Below, in pieces: positions 59,499-64,000 of a stretch of DNA of 64,000 nt. A model generated the notes under the pieces. That model saw nothing but the letters and a program-made list of their open reading frames with translations. It did no database searches and had not been told where the DNA came from. Source of the stretch: Klebsormidium nitens (lineage: Eukaryota > Plantae > Klebsormidiophyceae); NCBI GenBank assembly GCA_000708835.1, contig DF237188.1, positions 62,001 to 126,000 of the forward strand, given 5' to 3'. A program made the translations under genes and the position numbers. Each line of letters starts with the position of its first letter. Within the stretch, counting starts at the first letter, position 1.

Positions 59499-60408
59499 CC
59501 AGGTATTTTCGGCTACCCAGTTGGCAGTGACGAGCCAGGCTCCCCGAGTCCTGGGCACCTACTTTCACGTGTACCACGTACGCAGCGTACTGCATCCGGA
59601 CTCCGGGGACCGGAGGGGGTCTAGCCCAACCATCGTTCCCCTCCTTTCCATGGGGGTCGTCTTGCCACCTCAAAGTCTCCCCCCTTGTATCAGCGGGGTG
59701 AACGTGTTTGCCAGTGACGTCAGCACGGGTGACACCCAGCGGCCGATGAGCTTCTCGACAGTTACCCCTGCACGTACGACCGATCGAACGGCTGCGATTG
59801 AAGCCGATACCGAACGTGGTTCAAGAATTTCAACCCGACAATTTCTCCGTCACGGCATAGACGCGTCAGGTTACATTGACGCAAAAGAACCGTCCGTGTG
59901 TTCTGAGAGCTGCCATCGACGGTTCACGTAAGCGTACGGACTCGTACCCCCTTCGATTGTTGAACTCCGCAAAATGTACGTCATTGATTGCTCGCGTCAA
60001 TGTACAGCGGACTCCGGAGCCGCCTGATCCCGAAACCTGTACTAGGTCCCATTGATTTCGTACCCCCAAAAGCGCAGAATTTTCCAAGGCCACCAGTACG
60101 TGCGCACACAGGCTGCAGAGCCCATGCATGACGACCTTGACATTGAAAAAGTGCACCGACGTCACTCCTTGGTTGAACGAGCTCGACATTCGCTGCAGCC
60201 CTTCTTGCGATCCACCGCACTTCCCAATGCACGCAGGCACCCAGCAGGGAGCATTGTCTTGAAAGCGACTGAAGGTACTCCGCCCTTGTCTCCCCTCGCC
60301 CTGCCTTGCTTGCCCCAGCTGCGCGCCAGCAAGAAAGAAACAGCAGGCAGCAGCTCGCTGCCTCACTCCACCATCGCCACCGCAAAGGAGCACTGCTGCA
60401 CAAGTTGA
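59499..60408 (+). pseudogene. Possible decayed spliced gene remnant (ORFs 59521..59931 and 60052..60408)
   Basis: Acceptor CTCCAG|GTA before a long open frame and a donor AC|GTAAGC at ~59927. The frame upstream of 60052 is broken by TGA and TAG. No homology recognised. Confidence 0.2.
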
Positions 60409-61916
60409 GGCGCCGCCGAAAGATCACAGCGCAGCTTGGAGCAGCTGGAATTGATCAGGGGCCCGGCATGTGGTGGCACCCCTGACAGCGTAAGGCAAGG
60501 CGCACGACGCTGTGGCATTGCGCAAGCTGGTCTGTGCTAGTAAAAGCAGCTAGCTGGGAGCATTGTGGGCACCAGTCGCCTTGTTTGCGTCTCTTTGTAA
60601 TGTCTGGCAGCAATATGCAGATCTTGCTGGAAACTTTGGAGTCCTGTGGAACAGCTGGGCACTGCGTTCCTGATCTGCCCAGTCCCCACAATGACCAGTT
60701 TTGCACCAGCATTGCTCTTTTCTGCTCATGGGCACTCCCTAGATCCCTGCAAGAGCATCCACAGAAGAGCTCCTGGGCTTCCTCTACTACAACGCATCTG
60801 GAGAAACAGCTTTACTGCGTGGTGGTCTCACTACCTTCCGGTATGTCATCACCAGGGGCTAAGGTGCAGTACTCCTCTTTGCAGGCACATGCTCACAGCC
60901 CTGGCGGGGAGCATTGTGGTGACCACACCATCAGGACTACCGATTGAAACTCTGAGGCTGCAACACAGGTGAGGGCCGGCACATTGCGCAGCACGCGGCA
61001 GGCAGTGGGCTTGCTTTGGAGCTGGTTGGGGATCAGTGCACAAGCCCCCGGCCTGAAAGGGGCCAGATCTGGGCCTGCCAGTCCCTGTATCAGATGTCCC
61101 TGCGGTCATGAGAAAGCAAGAAGCAGGGGTTTACTGGCCTCACTCGTGATTTGTCCCCTCAATGTAACTGCTCACCTGTGGGTAAATCCAGGATAAAACA
61201 GGCTGGGTGGGAGTCGCGCCTTGTGTCCTATCAACCACTTGTGAGAGACACATTATGCACAATGGGATGGACATGACTATGCACGAGGTCCTGACACTTC
61301 AAGTTGGAGGGCAGATCTGTCTGTGGTTCATTCCCAGAACTGTTTCACAGCTAAGAGCAGGTTGAAGTATCCAGATAGGTACTTACTTCCCTCCCCCCCA
61401 AAAAGCTCTCCTTTCCTTGGCTACTGAAGATCTTAGCAATGGCATTGTCGTAATGGACAACTCCCCTCCTTGCAGAACACCTCTTCACAATCCCTTTCAA
61501 AGCAGAGTGTCTTGACATGTTTTCTAGCAATAAGCTCAATCAAGCAAACCACTGACATAAGCAGTGTGAATCCTCCAGAAAGATCATCCACCAAGCTCTT
61601 GTCCAGGTCGCCGTCAAGCTTCCTCCTGTTGCTCCTAGACTGGCAGCCCAACTGGGTGTGCTCTTGGGTGACGACATCCAGTCAGCTGTACTGAGAGAAT
61701 ATCCCTCAGGATTCTGAAATGAGGCAAGCTGTAAGCGTCCTCTGGTCCAGGCCCATACTGGATTCAGTGTCTCGGTGTGCTTATAACCAAGGCGCTTGCT
61801 GCTCTAAGGTCTCTTCCCACACAGGAGACCCAAGGCCAGTCGCTCCAGCAGTACACACCCGCAGCCAGTCATGCCTTAACCTCAGCTTAATCCAGAGAAT
61901 CTGACCATTTTTCGGC

Positions 61917-63901
61917 ATGTCTCTGCAGGCTCACATCATGGCTGCCTCGCTCTCCCTGCTGCTCCTGGCGCCGCTTGTGCTCCTCTGCTCCCTCCTGGTG
62001 GGGCTGCCTGCGGCGGCCGCACTCGACATTTTCAACCCGGGCTGGACTGCGGGGCAGGCCACCTTCTACCCGGATGCAGCACAAGGTGCGACACACGCAC
62101 ACGTGGCAGCTCCACCACAGGCAGCCAGACTAGTCTCTTGATTCTCCAATGGACGGGCAGGGTATCCTTTCCAATGTGTGAGCTTTTGAGGGGTTGCTTC
62201 AAGGGATTTTGGCACCATATTCGATCGTCGACAATCCTTTGGAGCCTTTCCGAGGCCCTTTTTCAGCTCAAGGAAAGCCAGAACTTTTTGAACTAGTTGG
62301 ACGTCTTTCTCTTGCAGACTCTCTCTTAGCCTCCCTTTTCAGTGGATTATTAAAATAGTAAGCTGGGTAAAAGAACCGAGTTGAAAGAGACAGGAAGCAG
62401 AAAACCTGAGTAAAAATAGCACGGTCCCGAACTGTGTCATCATTTATGGGGACCTTCCTTGCAGCAGAGAATTCGCTCTGCAGTTCAAGAGGCGCTGCCT
62501 GAAAGTGGACTTGTCAACTGCTTCTAAAGTACTCCCTCATTTTACGACATCGATGAAGTAAACGGTACCTTCGGCCTTTGAATTGTCTTGTGAGTGAGGC
62601 CCGCGGATCGCCGTTCGCTGTCCTTCTGGTGCTTCCACATAAAAGACGTCAACTCCTCGTTGACGTACAGGCGGGCAGTGCCGGTACTTCGGGTACTACG
62701 GCAACGCGATCGTGGCGATCGGCAACGAGTACTGGGCCAACGGCGGCGCGTGCGGCTCGTGCTTCGAGCTGCAGTGCGACCCGAGCAACAACGGCAACGG
62801 CAATGCCGTCTACTCCTCCGGCTGCCGCCCCGGCCTGCCCGTGCTCAAAGTCACGCTCTCCGACATCACCGACGAGTGCTAGTGAGCCGCCCAGCAGCCA
62901 TGAACAACCCAATGCCACCAGCAAGTGTCTTCGTTTGCGTGCGTCGTCCTTGAAGCCGCCGAACTTGCGCAGTTGCTTTCACCAGCTTCTCAACTCTAAG
63001 TTCGGTAGCACGCAGTTTATGCGCCCTTCGCAACCGACTTGCTGGGAACTGGTACAACTGGCAACGTTTCATCTTGCTGTCAAGAAGTGGATCACGCGTC
63101 CCACTTGTACCCTTCATAGATAAGAGTCTAGCCGTTCCCCTCGTCTCCTGCCGCACAAGAGCGGACATCTCCGGCTCCCAGCTTGAATACGTCCTAGAAA
63201 CGTCTCAAGTCTTCCTCGGCACGAGCGGCCATTCGTGCAAGCCCACATTCTCGGCGTCACGTGCATCCCCGTGCGCTACTGACGCCTGCTGACGTGTGTG
63301 TGCAGTGCCGACAACTGCGGCAACACGGGGTACCACTTCGACCTGGACCCCAGCAAGTACGCCGAGTTCGCCAACTTCGCGGCGGATGGGGGCGGCATCG
63401 TCTACATCAAGTGGAGGCGGTGAGCTGCCCTCCGGCTGCCCACAGCTCATGTGTTGCGAGGCCGTCTAAAAGTTTCGCATTCACACATTTGAGCAGGACA
63501 AGATGCTTCTATACCGTTTATCAAGCTGGAGCATGCTTTCCTCCGCGGATCGCGTTCTGTTGTAAAGCTTCAGCTCTGATCCATTGCAAGATTCTCAATC
63601 AGGGGGGTGAAACACAAGTTCTGGGTTGCACATTTAGGGGCCATGCCGCCTTATCTAGGGACTTCTTCTGAAAGTCAACTTGCAACAGACTGGAGGAGAC
63701 AGTCAGGTTAGGAAAAAAATACCCTACCCTGCTAGCGCTAGTCGTCCGACGGCACGAGCTCTGGCCCAACCCAGCTCGTAGCGTCACGTGGCGAGTGACC
63801 CTGTGTCTGATGGTTGTATGCGCATCGATGCAGGGTGCCGTGCAACTATCAGAAGAACCTGTTGCTGCGCGCGCACGAGCAGACCAATCCGTGGTGGCTC
63901 G
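61917..63901 (+). CDS. Expansin (secreted DPBB domain with HFD motif plus the start of the CBM63 domain); 3' end beyond the window
   Basis: Signal peptide MAASLSLLLLAPLVLLCSLLVGLPAAAA (ATG at 61917 or 61938). Then WTAGQATFY, NGGACGSCFELQC, DITDEC, YHFDL, GIVYIKWRRVPC, NPWWL. Four exons are visible; the last is 63834-63901. Confidence 0.9.
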
Positions 63902-64000
63902 GTGAGCCGCACGCTCTCCGCGCAAAGGGGTAGCACGGCCCGTTCCGGACTGGCTGTTCCTTGCACACGACTCGAGTCTATTCTGCTCGACTCCCGTGTT

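Overview
This is eukaryotic, intron-rich nuclear DNA, not prokaryotic. The gene set (PsbP, plastid-type homoserine kinase, MORN-type PIP5K, expansin) and the short introns point to a streptophyte green alga; a Klebsormidium-like charophyte is my inference. Splice models were built by hand from GT/GC-AG sites and frame continuity. In order: a decayed repeat-coding ORF (1.1-2.0 kb); a 12-exon Atos/FAM214 (DUF4210 + Chromosome_seg) gene with an ATG13-like N-terminal HORMA domain (-); PsbP (+); exportin-2/CSE1 (-) head-to-head with homoserine kinase (+); a MITE-like fold-back with a target-site duplication; MORN-PIP5K (-); maspardin (+); a coiled-coil ORF with three internal repeats (+); a ~2,255-aa four-C2H2/AT-hook protein (+) followed by a Ulp1-family SUMO protease (+); and an expansin (+) cut off by the window end. 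The main result is at 52,973-53,342. A correctly phased G_GAU_UUU slippery heptamer, a 6-nt spacer and a stem-loop/pseudoknot lie just before the zinc-finger stop codon. A strong intron follows, and it joins the -1 frame (not the 0 frame) to the SUMO-protease exons. This suggests a cellular gag-pol-like -1 programmed ribosomal frameshift producing a ~2,870-aa zinc-finger-SUMO protease fusion. A 1-nt assembly error is the main alternative. I found no rRNA, tRNA or CRISPR array.
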